Shown piece after piece: positions 28,314 to 38,802 of a stretch of 64,000 nucleotides of DNA (position 1 is the first letter of the stretch; every line of letters begins with the position of its first letter). The notes beneath the pieces were generated by a model. The model did not search any database, had not been told where the DNA came from, and saw only the letters and a list, made by a program, of their open reading frames with translations. The translations under genes were made by a program, and so were the position numbers. The stretch covers positions 768,001 to 832,000 of the forward strand of contig OZ219866.1 in NCBI GenBank assembly GCA_964291675.2, in the 5' to 3' direction. This stretch comes from Alphaproteobacteria bacterium (GTDB lineage Bacteria > Pseudomonadota > Alphaproteobacteria > MPNO01).

Positions 28314-29201
28314 GTGAGCCGTCCGATCCGCCCGCGGCGCAGCGCGCTCTACATGCCTGGCGCCAATGCCCGCGCGCTGGAGAAGGGGCGGAGCCTCGCC
28401 GCCGATGTGCTGATCATGGACCTCGAGGACGGCGTGCTGCCCGACGCCAAGGCCGAGGCGCGGGACCGGATCGCCGGCGCGCTCGCCGAGGGCGGGTACG
28501 GCGCGCGCGAGATCGTGGTGCGGGTCAACGGCATCGGAACGGCGTGGTTCGCGGACGACCTGGCGATGGCCGCGACCGGCGGCGCCGACGCGGTGCTGCT
28601 CCCCAAGGTCGAGGACCCGGCGACGGTCGCGCGCGCCGCGGCAATTCTGGAGGCGGCGGGCGCCCCGCCGGCGACGGGCATCTGGTGCATGCTGGAGACG
28701 CCGACGGGCATCCTCGACGCGCGGCCGATCGCGCGCGCCCACCCCCGCATGGCGGCGCTCACGCTGGGCACCGCCGATCTGTCGAAGGCGCTCAACGCCG
28801 ACCTCCACGCCCCGGACCGGCTGCCGCTTCTGACCAGCATGGGGCTCTGCGTGCTTGCCGCGCGCGAGGCCGGGCTCGCGGTGCTGGACGCGCCGCATTT
28901 CGACCTCGCCGACGACGCGGGCTTCGAGGGCGCCTGCCGCCAGGGCCGGGCCTTCGGCTTCGACGGCAAGTCGCTGCTGCACCCGAAGACCATCGCCGTC
29001 GCCAACGCCGTGTTCGGCCCGTCCGAAGCCGATATCGCCTGGGCGCGGCGCATCGCCGCCGCCTGGCGCGACGCCGCCGCCGAGGGCAGGGGGGTGACGC
29101 TGGTCGACGGCAAGCTGATCGAGTCCCTCCACGTCGAGGAAGCCGAGCGCACGCTGGCGCTCGCCGACGGCATCGCCGCGCTGGAGCGGGAGGCGGGGTA
29201 A
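28314..29201 (+). CDS. CitE/HpcH-family CoA ester lyase (malyl-/citryl-CoA lyase-like)
   Basis: RPRRSALYMPG.N.RALEK, DLEDGV, VRVNG, GFDGKSLLHP, VDGKLIE.LH. Confidence 0.92.
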   Translation: MSRPIRPRRSALYMPGANARALEKGRSLAADVLIMDLEDGVLPDAKAEARDRIAGALAEGGYGAREIVVRVNGIGTAWFADDLAMAATGGADAVLLPKVEDPATVARAAAILEAAGAPPATGIWCMLETPTGILDARPIARAHPRMAALTLGTADLSKALNADLHAPDRLPLLTSMGLCVLAAREAGLAVLDAPHFDLADDAGFEGACRQGRAFGFDGKSLLHPKTIAVANAVFGPSEADIAWARRIAAAWRDAAAEGRGVTLVDGKLIESLHVEEAERTLALADGIAALEREAG

Positions 29202-29258
29202 GGGGGGTCGGGCGCGCGCCGGTTCCGGCTCGCATGCGCGTGCACGAGCACTATCCGA

Positions 29259-29756
29259 TCAAGGATCGATCGCCTTGCGCGCGGAGGCTACGGGCCATGC
29301 CAGGACCAGAGGATCGACCGGCGAACCCAGAAAGCCCAGATGCCGGTAGAAGCCCGCCGCATCGCTGTCGAGGGCGTGGACGAGCAACGCCCTGATGCCG
29401 GCGATCTCGGCGGCCTTCAGGGTCCGCAAGATGGCATCCCGCACGAGGCCGCGCGCGATTCCCATGCCCTGATGGGAACGGGCAACCGCCAGACGGCCCA
29501 TCAGCATCACCGGGATCGGATCGGGCATGTTGCGTCTGATCCTTCCCGGCATGTCCCGGTGCCGTGCAGAACCGGCGGCCAGACAGTAATAGGCGACGAC
29601 AACGCCCTTGTCGCAGACGACATAGGTGCGCGAGCCGCCCTCGCGCTCGTTCCTGAGAGCGCGGGCTCGCAACCAGGTGTCGAGGCTCGGCTGGCCGCTG
29701 TCGAAACCTGCCGATACATGATCGGCGGAGATTGGCTCCGGCCCGGTCAGCGGCAT
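29259..29756 (-). CDS. GNAT acetyltransferase toxin (TacT/AtaT type)
   Basis: FDSG..SLD.WLR.RAL.N, RRNMPDPIPV.LMGRLAV, GIRALLVHAL...A..FY. Confidence 0.92.
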   Translation of the reverse strand: MPLTGPEPISADHVSAGFDSGQPSLDTWLRARALRNEREGGSRTYVVCDKGVVVAYYCLAAGSARHRDMPGRIRRNMPDPIPVMLMGRLAVARSHQGMGIARGLVRDAILRTLKAAEIAGIRALLVHALDSDAAGFYRHLGFLGSPVDPLVLAWPVASARKAIDP

Positions 29757-29766
29757 GTCCGGACGG

Positions 29767-30051
29767 TCACCTGTCCCAGGGCGGCGGAGTGTTCAGCGTG
29801 CGGCGCATTTCTTCGCTCGGCTCGGCCGGCGCATCGAGCATGGCCTCGAACGCCGCGTATGACGCTTCGTCGAGGTCGAACAGGCGCTGGTCGAGCAGCA
29901 CGTTCTCCGAGGCTTCGCGCATCGTGTCGAGGACGAACTCGGTGCGCGACTTGCCCAGGCGCTTCGCAGCGCGGTCGATCAGCGCCTTCTGTTCCGCCGA
30001 GGCGCGCAGATTGATCGTCTGGCTCTGCCGGGCTTGCTCTGGCACCGCCAT
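29767..30051 (-). CDS. DUF1778 ribbon-helix-helix antitoxin (TacA/AtaR type)
   Basis: TINLRA..EQK.LIDRAA..LGKSRTEFVL, LLDQRLF.LD, PPW. Confidence 0.92.
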   Translation of the reverse strand: MAVPEQARQSQTINLRASAEQKALIDRAAKRLGKSRTEFVLDTMREASENVLLDQRLFDLDEASYAAFEAMLDAPAEPSEEMRRTLNTPPPWDR

Positions 30052-30085
30052 GGGGGCCTCGCTCCATGTCTTTGTGTAACTACGA

Positions 30086-30116
30086 TGTATATACAGACGG
30101 TTCGGTCCAGCGTCAA
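30086..30116 (-). promoter_or_regulatory. TA operon promoter with palindromic operator over the -10
   Basis: TTGACG (30116-30111), 17 nt, TATATA (30093-30088); perfect palindrome TGTATATACA at 30086-30095. Confidence 0.6.
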
Positions 30117-30221
30117 CCGAAACCCACCTCCAATCCGTCCCGCCGCCTTTCGCCCGGCCAATTTGACTTGCCCCCGGTCCCGGTCTAAACCGGGCCGCCG
30201 CCTCCAGCAGGGTCAGCGTCG

Positions 30222-30620
30222 ATGAGCAACCGGGACAGGCCGCTCTCGCCCCACCTCCAGGTCTACCGGCCGCAGATCACCTCGGTGCTGTCGATCGCCC
30301 ACCGCGCGACCGGGATCGTGCTGGCGGCGGGGTTGATCCTGCTGCTGTGGTGGCTCGCCGCGGCGGCGTCGGGGGCGGACGCGTTCGCCACCGTGCAGGA
30401 AGCCGCCGGGTCGTTTCTCGGCCGGCTGTTCCTGTTCGGCTGGACCTTCGCGCTGTTCTACCATCTGTGCAACGGCATCCGGCACCTGTTCTGGGACATG
30501 GGGCGGGGCTTCGAGCTCGCCACCGTCTCGCTGACCGGCTGGCTGGCGCTGGGCGGGGCGGTGGCTCTGACCGGGCTCTCCTGGGTGCTCGCCTACGCCG
30601 CCATGGGGGCGTTTCGATGA
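30222..30620 (+). CDS. sdhC: Succinate dehydrogenase cytochrome b556 subunit
   Basis: RPLSPHLQVYR.QITS.LSI.HR.TG, HLCNGIRHLFWD.G.GF. Confidence 0.97.
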   Translation: MSNRDRPLSPHLQVYRPQITSVLSIAHRATGIVLAAGLILLLWWLAAAASGADAFATVQEAAGSFLGRLFLFGWTFALFYHLCNGIRHLFWDMGRGFELATVSLTGWLALGGAVALTGLSWVLAYAAMGAFR

Positions 30621-30997
30621 GCCTGCGCACGCCGCTCGGCCGGGCGCGCGGGCTCGGCTCGGCCAAGGACGGGACCGCGCACTGGTGGGCGCAGCGCCTG
30701 ACCGCCATCGCCCTGGTCCCGCTGGTGCTCTGGTTCGCGGTCTCGCTGATCATACTGACCGGCGCCGACCACGAGACGGTGACCGCGTGGCTCGGGAACC
30801 CCGCCGCGGCGGTGTTCATGCTGCTGCTGATCCTCGCCGGGTTCCACCATGCCCAGCTCGGCATGCAGGTGGTGATCGAGGACTACGTGCACACGGAATG
30901 GCTCAAGCTCACTTTGCTGATCGCGGTCAGGTTCGGCGCGGTCGCGCTCGGAATCGGCGCCGCCTTCTCGGTCCTCAAGCTCGCGCTCGGAGGCTGA
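30617..30997 (+). CDS. sdhD: Succinate dehydrogenase membrane anchor
   Basis: [35 protein letters not shown]. Confidence 0.97.
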   Translation: MSLRTPLGRARGLGSAKDGTAHWWAQRLTAIALVPLVLWFAVSLIILTGADHETVTAWLGNPAAAVFMLLLILAGFHHAQLGMQVVIEDYVHTEWLKLTLLIAVRFGAVALGIGAAFSVLKLALGG

Positions 30998-31001
30998 CCC
31001 G

Positions 31002-32795
31002 GTGGCCGGAGCCTACGAGATCGTCGACCACAGCTACGACGTGGTGGTGATCGGCGCCGGCGGGGCGGGGCTGCGCGCGACCTTCGGCATGGCGGTCAAG
31101 GGGCTCAAGACCGCCTGCATCACCAAGGTCTTCCCGACCCGCAGCCACACCGTCGCCGCCCAGGGCGGGATCTCCGCGGCGCTCGGCAATATGAGCGAGG
31201 ACGACTGGCGCTGGCATTTCTACGACACCGTCAAGGGCGCCGACTGGCTCGGCGACCAGGACGCGATCGAATTCATGTGCCGCGAGGCGATCCCGGCGGT
31301 GATCGAGCTCGAACATTACGGCGTGCCGTTCTCGCGCACCCCGGAAGGCAAGATCTACCAGCGCCCGTTCGGCGGCATGACCACGCGCTACGGCGAGGGG
31401 CCGCCGGCAAGGCGCACCGCCGCCGCCGCCGACCGGACGGGGCATGCGATCCTGCACACGCTCTACCAGCAGTCGCTGCGCCACGACGCGGAGTTCTTCA
31501 TCGAGTACTTCGCGCTCGACCTGATCGTCGACGATTCGGGCGCGGTGCGCGGTGTCATGGCGTGGAACCTCGACGACGGCACCATCCACCGCTTCCAGGC
31601 GCAGATGACGGTGATCGCGACCGGCGGGTACGGGCGGTCCTATTTCGCCTGCACCGGGGCGCATACCCAGACCGGCGACGGCAACGCGATGGTGCTGAGG
31701 GCGGGGCTGCCGCTCGAGGACATGGAGTTCATCCAGTTCCACCCGACCGGGATCTACGGCGCCGGCTGCCTGATCACCGAGGGGGTGCGCGGCGAGGGCG
31801 GCTATCTCACCAACGCGCAAGGCGAGCGCTTCATGGAGCGCTACGCCCCCAACGTGAAGGACCTCGCCTCGCGCGACGTGGTCTCGCGTGCGATGACCGT
31901 CGAGATGCGCGAGGGGCGCGGCGTCGGCGAGCACGGCGACCACATCCACCTGCATATCGAGCATCTCGACGCGAAGGTGATCGCCGAGCGCCTGCCCGGC
32001 ATCTCCGAGACCGCCAAGATCTTCGCCGGCGTCGACGTAACCCGCGAGCCGGTGCCGGTGCTGCCGACCGTCCACTACAACATGGGCGGGGTGCCGACCA
32101 ACCACCTCGGCGAGGCGCGCGCGCCGGCCAACGGCGCGGTCGAAGCGGCGGTGCCGGGGCTGATGGCGATCGGCGAGGCGGCCTGCGTCTCGGTGCACGG
32201 CGCGAACCGGCTGGGCTCGAACTCGCTCCTCGACCTCGTCGTGTTCGGCCGGGCGGCCGCCAATCGCTGCGTCGACATCCTGGAGCCCGGCGCGTCGCAG
32301 CCGCCGCTCCCCGCCGATGCCGGGGAGAGCGCGCTGGCGCGGCTCGATTCCCGCCGCCATGCCGAGGGCGGCACACGCTGCGCCGCGCTGCGTCTCGAAA
32401 TGCAGCAGATCATGCAGCGCCACTGCGCGGTGTTCCGCACCGGCGAGATCCTGGGCGAGGGCAAGGCGAAGCTCAGGAAGGTCTGGGAGGGGTGCGCAGA
32501 CATGTCGGTGTCCGACCGCTCGATGATCTGGAACTCGGATCTCGCCGAGGCACTCGAATTCGACAACCTGCTCGCCCAGTCGGTGGTCAGCGTCGACGCC
32601 GCGCTCGACCGTGAGGAGAGCCGCGGCGCGCATGCCCGCGAGGATTTCCCGGAGCGCGACGACGAGAACTGGATGAAGCACTCGCTGATCTGGCTCGATG
32701 CCGACGGACGGTCGAGCATCGAATACCGGCCGGTGCACACCAACACGATGACCAACGAGGTCCAGGCGGTGCCGCCGCAGGACCGCGTCTACTGA
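31002..32795 (+). CDS. sdhA: Succinate dehydrogenase flavoprotein
   Basis: [41 protein letters not shown]. Confidence 0.98.
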   Translation: MAGAYEIVDHSYDVVVIGAGGAGLRATFGMAVKGLKTACITKVFPTRSHTVAAQGGISAALGNMSEDDWRWHFYDTVKGADWLGDQDAIEFMCREAIPAVIELEHYGVPFSRTPEGKIYQRPFGGMTTRYGEGPPARRTAAAADRTGHAILHTLYQQSLRHDAEFFIEYFALDLIVDDSGAVRGVMAWNLDDGTIHRFQAQMTVIATGGYGRSYFACTGAHTQTGDGNAMVLRAGLPLEDMEFIQFHPTGIYGAGCLITEGVRGEGGYLTNAQGERFMERYAPNVKDLASRDVVSRAMTVEMREGRGVGEHGDHIHLHIEHLDAKVIAERLPGISETAKIFAGVDVTREPVPVLPTVHYNMGGVPTNHLGEARAPANGAVEAAVPGLMAIGEAACVSVHGANRLGSNSLLDLVVFGRAAANRCVDILEPGASQPPLPADAGESALARLDSRRHAEGGTRCAALRLEMQQIMQRHCAVFRTGEILGEGKAKLRKVWEGCADMSVSDRSMIWNSDLAEALEFDNLLAQSVVSVDAALDREESRGAHAREDFPERDDENWMKHSLIWLDADGRSSIEYRPVHTNTMTNEVQAVPPQDRVY

Positions 32796-32808
32796 TCCCG
32801 GAGTCGCC

Positions 32809-33588
32809 ATGGCCGAGTTCGCGCTGCCCGCCAATTCGAAGATCCGCAAGGGGAGGGACCACGCCGCGCCCGAAGGCGCCAGGCGGCCGAAGAGGTTCAG
32901 GGTCTATCGCTGGGACCCGGATTCGGGCGAGACGCCCCGGATCGACCGCTACACCGTCGACCTCGACGATTGCGGGCCGATGGTGCTCGACGCGGTGATC
33001 AAGATCAAGAACGAGGTCGATTCGACGCTCACCTTCCGCCGCTCCTGCCGCGAGGGGGTTTGCGGCAGCTGCGCGATGAACATCGACGGCACCAACACGC
33101 TCGCCTGCACGCGGTTCATCGACGACATCAGGGGCGACGTGAAGATCTACCCCCTGCCGCACATGCCCGTGGTCAAAGATTTGGTGCCGGACCTCACGGA
33201 TGCCTATGCGCAATACGCCGCGATCGAGCCCTGGCTGAAGACCGAGACCCCGGCGCCGCCCGACGCCGAGCGCCTGCAATCGCCGGAAGAGCGCGAGAAG
33301 CTCGACGGGCTGTGGGAATGCATACTCTGCTTCTGCTGCACCACGAGCTGCCCGAGCTACTGGTGGAACGGCGACCGCTATCTCGGCCCGGCGGCGCTGC
33401 TCCAGGCCCATCGCTGGATCGCGGATTCGCGCGACGAGCACACCGGCGAGCGACTGGACGCGCTGGAGGACCCGTTCCGGCTCTATCGCTGCCACACCAT
33501 CATGAACTGCACCAAGACCTGCCCCAAGGACCTCAACCCGGCCCGCGCCATCGGCGCGATCAAGCAGCGCATGGTGGCCAGGCGTTAG
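32809..33588 (+). CDS. sdhB: Succinate dehydrogenase iron-sulfur subunit
   Basis: [38 protein letters not shown]. Confidence 0.98.
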   Translation: MAEFALPANSKIRKGRDHAAPEGARRPKRFRVYRWDPDSGETPRIDRYTVDLDDCGPMVLDAVIKIKNEVDSTLTFRRSCREGVCGSCAMNIDGTNTLACTRFIDDIRGDVKIYPLPHMPVVKDLVPDLTDAYAQYAAIEPWLKTETPAPPDAERLQSPEEREKLDGLWECILCFCCTTSCPSYWWNGDRYLGPAALLQAHRWIADSRDEHTGERLDALEDPFRLYRCHTIMNCTKTCPKDLNPARAIGAIKQRMVARR

Positions 33589-33612
33589 GGGGCCGCGCCC
33601 CGTCCCCGCGCT

Positions 33613-35259
33613 CTACGCCGAGATCTCGGCCATCCGCGCCACCACCCGCTCGGCGAGGCGGCGGCGGTTGACCCGCATGGTCTGGCCGCGCGGGAAATCG
33701 GCGAAGCGTTCGACGCGGACCGGGAACTTGTAGCGCGCGAGCCCGCGGGCATCGAGGAAGTCGGTCACCTCGCCGAGCGCGATCCCGTCCCCGCCGCTGG
33801 CGATCACGCAGAGGCAGGGCACCTCGCCCAGCGTCCCGTCGGGGATGCCGACGACCGCCGCCTCCAGGATCTTCGGGTGCTCGGCGAGGATGCTCTCGAG
33901 CTCCAGCGGGAAGACGTTCATGCCGCCCCGGTTGATCATCTCCTTGATGCGCCCGACCAGGGTGACGTAGCCGTCCTCGTCGATCGTCGCCACGTCGCCG
34001 GTGCGGAACCAGCCCTCCTGGCCGAGCGTCCCCCACGCCTCGACCGTGGCCTCCGGGCTGCGGAAATAGCCCGAGGCGGTCGCCGGGCCGCGGATCCACA
34101 GCTCGCCCGCCTCGCCGGCGGGGAGCGGTTCTCCCGCCCCGTCGACGACGCGGATCTCGCCGCCGTCCATCACCCGGCCGATGGAGGGGCCGAGGCGGAT
34201 CTCTCGGGGGTCGTCGATCCCCACCTGGCCGAACGAGCAGGCCTCCATCGCCCCGCCCGCCTTGACCACCGGGCAGCCGAGCCGTTCCTCCGCCAGCTCG
34301 ATCACCGCCGGCGGCAAATTGGCCGAGCCGGTGCGGATCACCCGGAGCGAGGCGGTGTCGTGGTCGCCGAGCAGGGGCGAGTCCGCGAGCCGGGCGAGGA
34401 TCGCCGGCGCGGTCATGATCGCGCTCACCCGCTCGCGCTCGATGGCGGGCAGCAGGGCTTCGGGCGAGAACCCGTCGGTCAGCACGAACCGCGCCCCGGT
34501 CAACAGCCAGCCGCTCCAGGCGTGGAATCCCGGCCCGCCCGACATCGGCACGAAGCCGCCGATGACGTCGTCCGCCGTCACCCCCATCCGCGCGGCCACC
34601 CCCTTGCCCCATAGCAGCTCCTGCTGCTCCGGCCGTTCGACCAGCTTGGGCGTGCCGGTGCTGCCCGAGGTCACCACCAGCTTGGTCACCTCGTGCGGGC
34701 CGTAGCGCCGGTCCTCGCCGGGGACCGGGGCGGCGCTCTCCGCCGCGGCGTCGAGCGAGACCGGGATGCAGTCCGCCGCATCCGCGCCGGGATCGACGAC
34801 GACCACGTTCATCTCCCCGTGGCGCTCGCGCACCGCGCGGGCCAGCGCCACCATGTCGCTGCCGCGGAAGCGGCCCGGCACCACCATCGCGCCGGGCTCC
34901 AGCAAATCGACCACCGCCTCCAGCTCGGCGCCGCGCCAGACCACCGGCACATAGGCGGCGAGCAGCCCGAGGCGTTTGAGCGAGAGCCGCATCAGCGACT
35001 CTTCCACCGAGTTGGCGAGCTGGAGGACCACCGGCGTGTCGCGCCGGAGCCCCATCCCGGCGAGCGTCCGGGCGAAGCCCTCGACCGCCGCCAGCGCCTC
35101 GCGCCAGGTCAGCCGGCGGCGCGCATCGACGATCGAGATTTCGTCCGGCCGCGCCGCCGCGTGGGCTTCGAGGAGGTCGAGGGTGGTGGTGTCGGTCCAG
35201 TAGCCCGCGCGCCGCCAGTCCTCGATCATGTCGGCGGTGAAGCGGGTCGGCGGGGCCAT
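33613..35259 (-). CDS. Class I adenylate-forming enzyme (acyl/aryl-CoA ligase-like)
   Basis: TSGSTGTPK, GWFRTGD, GRIKEMINRGG.N, EHPKI.EAAVVG.PD..LGE. Confidence 0.92.
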   Translation of the reverse strand: MAPPTRFTADMIEDWRRAGYWTDTTTLDLLEAHAAARPDEISIVDARRRLTWREALAAVEGFARTLAGMGLRRDTPVVLQLANSVEESLMRLSLKRLGLLAAYVPVVWRGAELEAVVDLLEPGAMVVPGRFRGSDMVALARAVRERHGEMNVVVVDPGADAADCIPVSLDAAAESAAPVPGEDRRYGPHEVTKLVVTSGSTGTPKLVERPEQQELLWGKGVAARMGVTADDVIGGFVPMSGGPGFHAWSGWLLTGARFVLTDGFSPEALLPAIERERVSAIMTAPAILARLADSPLLGDHDTASLRVIRTGSANLPPAVIELAEERLGCPVVKAGGAMEACSFGQVGIDDPREIRLGPSIGRVMDGGEIRVVDGAGEPLPAGEAGELWIRGPATASGYFRSPEATVEAWGTLGQEGWFRTGDVATIDEDGYVTLVGRIKEMINRGGMNVFPLELESILAEHPKILEAAVVGIPDGTLGEVPCLCVIASGGDGIALGEVTDFLDARGLARYKFPVRVERFADFPRGQTMRVNRRRLAERVVARMAEISA

Positions 35260-35280
35260 CGGCGGAGGCGCTCGGGGGCG

Positions 35281-35541
35281 TCAGAGCCGGGGGTCGAAGC
35301 GGCAGGTGCGTTGCAGCCGGGCCAGCAGCGCGCGCCATTCCTCGTCGGTATAGCGCCGCGGCTCGACGCGGATCGCCTCGACCGGGCAGTCGAACTCGCA
35401 GAGGAAGCAGCCCTGGCAGTCCTCGGCGTAGACCGCGCTTGCCTTGCCGTCCCGCATGCGGATCACGTCGGTCGGGCACGAGTCCACGCAGGCGCCGCAG
35501 CCCGTGCAGACCCTCTCGTCGATGCTGAGCGCGACATGCAC
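35281..35541 (-). CDS. 2x[4Fe-4S] ferredoxin, AprB-like
   Basis: CTGCGACVDSCP and CQGCFLCEFDCP; GTG 35541 after a CAGGAG RBS. Confidence 0.9.
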   Translation of the reverse strand: MHVALSIDERVCTGCGACVDSCPTDVIRMRDGKASAVYAEDCQGCFLCEFDCPVEAIRVEPRRYTDEEWRALLARLQRTCRFDPRL

Positions 35542-35546
35542 CGGCG

Positions 35547-37256
35547 TCAGCTCCTGAAGAAGGGGTGGAGGATTTTGCTGCGCTCCGGCATCCGGTGGTG
35601 CTCGTCGTCCGGAATCGGCTCGTCGAACAGGTCGAGCGCGCCGTTGCCGCCGATGCGCGCGAAGGTGTATTTGAGCCAGTTCTCGTTGTCCATGTAGGGG
35701 TAGTCCTCGCGCAGCACGTTGCCGCGGCTCTCGGTGCGGCGGCGCACCACCTCGACCGAGATCTCCATGCATTGCAGGAAGTTCCGCATGCCGAGCACCT
35801 TGGCGAGGTCGTGCGGGTCGTGCGCCTTCATGGTGGGCACCAGCCGGCCCCTGATGTCGCGCACCCGGCTGAGGATGTTGTCGAGCCGCTCTTGGTTGAG
35901 GATCTCGGTGATGTCGGTGCCGTAGAGCCCTTCGAGCTCGTCTCGGGTGGCGCTGAAACCGTTGTCGCCGGTTCGCTCCAGCGGCTCCAGGGTCTCGCGG
36001 GCGAGGCGGTCGACCTGGGCCTCGACCGCCTCGGCCGGGGGCGCCCCCCTGGCCGCGGCGCCGCCGGTCCCGCCCGCATGCCAGCCGCCCACCGCGCACA
36101 AATTGAGCGCCTGGGCGAGCCCCATGAAGCCGCCGTCGGACGTGTTGCCGGCGGCATAGAGCCCGGGCAGCGTCGTCGACCCGTCGCCCGCCACCCTGAT
36201 GCCGGCGCCGCCGAGCGTGCCGCTCTGGAAGGGCAGCATGGTGACGAACGGGATGCGGTCCCTGCTCGGGTCGTAGCCGGCGCGCTCATAGGTGTTGAGC
36301 ACGATGGGGACGACCTGCTTGTAGAGCCTGAGGTTTTCGGGCGTCAGATGGGTCGCGTCCTTGTAGACCGGCCCGCGCCCCGCGCCGTATTCGCGGATCA
36401 CCGCGCGGGCGAGGCGGAAGCGGCGGATGCGGTCGCCGCCGGCGATCTCGGTGCCCTCGCCGTTGCAGAAGCGGACCCCGAGCCCGGCGCCCATCTCGAG
36501 CCCCGGGGCGGAGAAGAACTCGGCCGGGATCACCCCCCAGCCGGCCAGAAACTCCATCTTCGAGAGCTGGGCGCCGGCACGGTAGGCCGCCGCCACCCCG
36601 TCGCCGGTACAGTTGACCGGCATGCCGTGGAAGCCCGCGCCGGCGCGCGGGTAGGGGATGTGCACCGGCCCGGTGCAGAGGATTGTCGATGTCGCGCGGA
36701 AGACGTGGATCTCGCCGTCCACCGTGCCGACGCCGAGCGCGCCGACGACGCGCCCGCCGGTCGGGTGCTTGCCGTCGGAGGTCAGCAGCTCGGTAACCAT
36801 GACGCGGTTGACCGTCTCGACGCCGCGCCGCAGGGTCTCGTTCCTGAGCGCCATCATGAATTGCGGGCCGCCCTCGGCCATCATCGCGTTGACCGGGAAC
36901 AGCGGCCCGACCGCCATGTCGACGCGCTGGATCTTGCCCTTGTCCTTGATCCACTTGACGCCCCAGCGGTCCATCGCCAGCAAGAGGTCGCCGGTCACCC
37001 GGATGCCCTTGCGCAGCGCGGTGACGTTGACCATCGGGTTGGTGTGCGCCTTGACCCAGCGGTCGAGGTCGTCGCCCTCCATGTAGGCCTGGAAGACGCC
37101 CGAGGCGAGCGCGCTGGTGCCGCTCCGCCCGAAGAACCCCTTGTCGACCAGCAGCACCCGTACCCCGGCCTCGCTCGCCCGGATCGCCGCGCAGGCCGCC
37201 GCCACGCCGCCGCCCACCACCAGAACGTCGGCCTCGTGAACATGGGTCTCGGGCAT
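35547..37256 (-). CDS. SdhA/FrdA/AprA-superfamily FAD-binding oxidoreductase
   Basis: ADVLVVGGG, GRSG, TGDG.A.AYRAGA....MEF, TTLPGLYAAG, RTESRG...REDYP..DN..W. Confidence 0.9.
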   Translation of the reverse strand: MPETHVHEADVLVVGGGVAAACAAIRASEAGVRVLLVDKGFFGRSGTSALASGVFQAYMEGDDLDRWVKAHTNPMVNVTALRKGIRVTGDLLLAMDRWGVKWIKDKGKIQRVDMAVGPLFPVNAMMAEGGPQFMMALRNETLRRGVETVNRVMVTELLTSDGKHPTGGRVVGALGVGTVDGEIHVFRATSTILCTGPVHIPYPRAGAGFHGMPVNCTGDGVAAAYRAGAQLSKMEFLAGWGVIPAEFFSAPGLEMGAGLGVRFCNGEGTEIAGGDRIRRFRLARAVIREYGAGRGPVYKDATHLTPENLRLYKQVVPIVLNTYERAGYDPSRDRIPFVTMLPFQSGTLGGAGIRVAGDGSTTLPGLYAAGNTSDGGFMGLAQALNLCAVGGWHAGGTGGAAARGAPPAEAVEAQVDRLARETLEPLERTGDNGFSATRDELEGLYGTDITEILNQERLDNILSRVRDIRGRLVPTMKAHDPHDLAKVLGMRNFLQCMEISVEVVRRRTESRGNVLREDYPYMDNENWLKYTFARIGGNGALDLFDEPIPDDEHHRMPERSKILHPFFRS

Positions 37257-37626
37257 GGGGGTTTCCCGCCGCGGGTTGGGGCTTCGGTGGTACCGGCTGG
37301 GTCGGGGGGTGTCAAACGCGGCCGCGGCCGGCCGCCGGATGCCGGATGTCACCGTCTTCCGCTGCCCGGTTTCCTTGCCGCGGCCCGCCCCGCGATCCCG
37401 GAATTCCGCTGCCCGAGCCGCCCCGCAGCGCGGGGAACCGCGCTTTCCCGGTCGGGGTGACGAAGGAGACCATGTCCGGATCGCCGAGGGCGACCGCGAC
37501 CAGGGGCGGTTCGTCCAGCGCGGCCACGCTCCAGGTCGGCCTCGTGCCGCATGCGGTACGCGTCGGGCTCCTCGGAAGCGGTCGTCCGGTGCCAGCCGCA
37601 GATGATGTACGCGGAATTCCGGCTGC

Positions 37627-38802
37627 TCAGGACTCGTAGGGCAGGCCGGCGTACTGCTCGGCGAGCGATGCCTGCGCATGGTCCGAGATCGACAGGTATT
37701 CGAGCTCGTTCTCCCTGCTGCGCTGATCGAACTCGGTGTCGTCCGGAAACCGGTGCAAGAGATTGGTCATCCACCAGGACAGCCGCTCGCAATGCCAGAC
37801 CCGCCGGAGCGCCATGTCCGAGTAGTCATCGAGGTAACGGTCGCAGCCGGCCTTGTAGTGCTCGACGAGGGCCCGGGACAGGTAGAACACGTCCGAGAAG
37901 GCGAGGTTCAGCCCCTTGGCGCCGGTCGGCGGCACCAGGTGGGCGGCGTCCCCGGCCAGAAACAGCCGGCCGTGGCGCATCGGCTCGCTGACGAAGCTGC
38001 GCAGCGGCGCGATCGACTTCTCGATAGTCGGACCGGTCACGATCGCGTCGGCGATCTCGCTCGGGTAGCGGGATTTGAGCTCCTCCCAGAAGCGATCGTC
38101 GGGCCAGTCCTCGATCCGGTCGTCGAGCGGGCACTGGATGTAGTAGCGGCTGAGCATGGGGTTGCGCTGCGACGCCAGCGCGAAGCCCCGCGGGTGGCTG
38201 GCGTAGACAAGGTCCTCCAAAGGCGGCGTCTCGGACATCACCCCGAGCCAGCCGAACGGGTAGACCTTCTCGTAGACCCGCGTGAGGTCGGCCGGCATAG
38301 ACGGTCGGCTGACGCCGTGCTTGCCGTCGCATCCGGCGATGAAATCGCAGTCGATGCGCTCGGGCCTGCCTTCGCGCTCGAAGGTGACATGCGGCGACGC
38401 GCCGGTCAGCCCGTGGAGTTCGACGTCGTCCACCTCGTCCAGGATCTCGCCCCCGGCGGCTTCGCGGGCGGCGTACAGGTCTTCCGTGATCGCCGTCTGG
38501 CCATAGGCCATCATGCTCTTGCCGGTGTGTTTCCTGGTGTCGATGAAGAAGCGCCCGCGCCCGGCCCAGGCGATCGCGGCGCCGTCATGGACGTGCCCCT
38601 CCCGGTCCATCCGCTCGCCGAGACCGACATCGCGCAGCAGCTTCACCGAACCCGCTTCCAAGACGCCGGCGCGGATACGCTTCATCACATGCGCCCTGGA
38701 GCGGCTTTCGAGGACGATGCTCTCGATCCCCTCCAGATGCAGGATGTGGGACAGCAGAAGCCCGGCAGGGCCGCCACCGATCACCGCCACCTGAGTTCTC
38801 AT
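37627..38802 (-). CDS. pobA: 4-hydroxybenzoate 3-monooxygenase
   Basis: MRTQVAVIGGGPAGLLL, RIRAGVLE, YGQT, IAGCDG, YPFGWLG, EKSIAPLRSFV, GDAAH.VPPTGAKGLNLA, AEQYAGLP. Confidence 0.95.
   Translation of the reverse strand: MRTQVAVIGGGPAGLLLSHILHLEGIESIVLESRSRAHVMKRIRAGVLEAGSVKLLRDVGLGERMDREGHVHDGAAIAWAGRGRFFIDTRKHTGKSMMAYGQTAITEDLYAAREAAGGEILDEVDDVELHGLTGASPHVTFEREGRPERIDCDFIAGCDGKHGVSRPSMPADLTRVYEKVYPFGWLGVMSETPPLEDLVYASHPRGFALASQRNPMLSRYYIQCPLDDRIEDWPDDRFWEELKSRYPSEIADAIVTGPTIEKSIAPLRSFVSEPMRHGRLFLAGDAAHLVPPTGAKGLNLAFSDVFYLSRALVEHYKAGCDRYLDDYSDMALRRVWHCERLSWWMTNLLHRFPDDTEFDQRSRENELEYLSISDHAQASLAEQYAGLPYES

Noticed and set aside
35547-37256. Second succinate dehydrogenase or true dissimilatory APS reductase
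   Set aside because: It lacks the SdhA catalytic motifs and membrane anchors, and no sat/qmo/aprM genes are adjacent; only a superfamily-level call is supportable.
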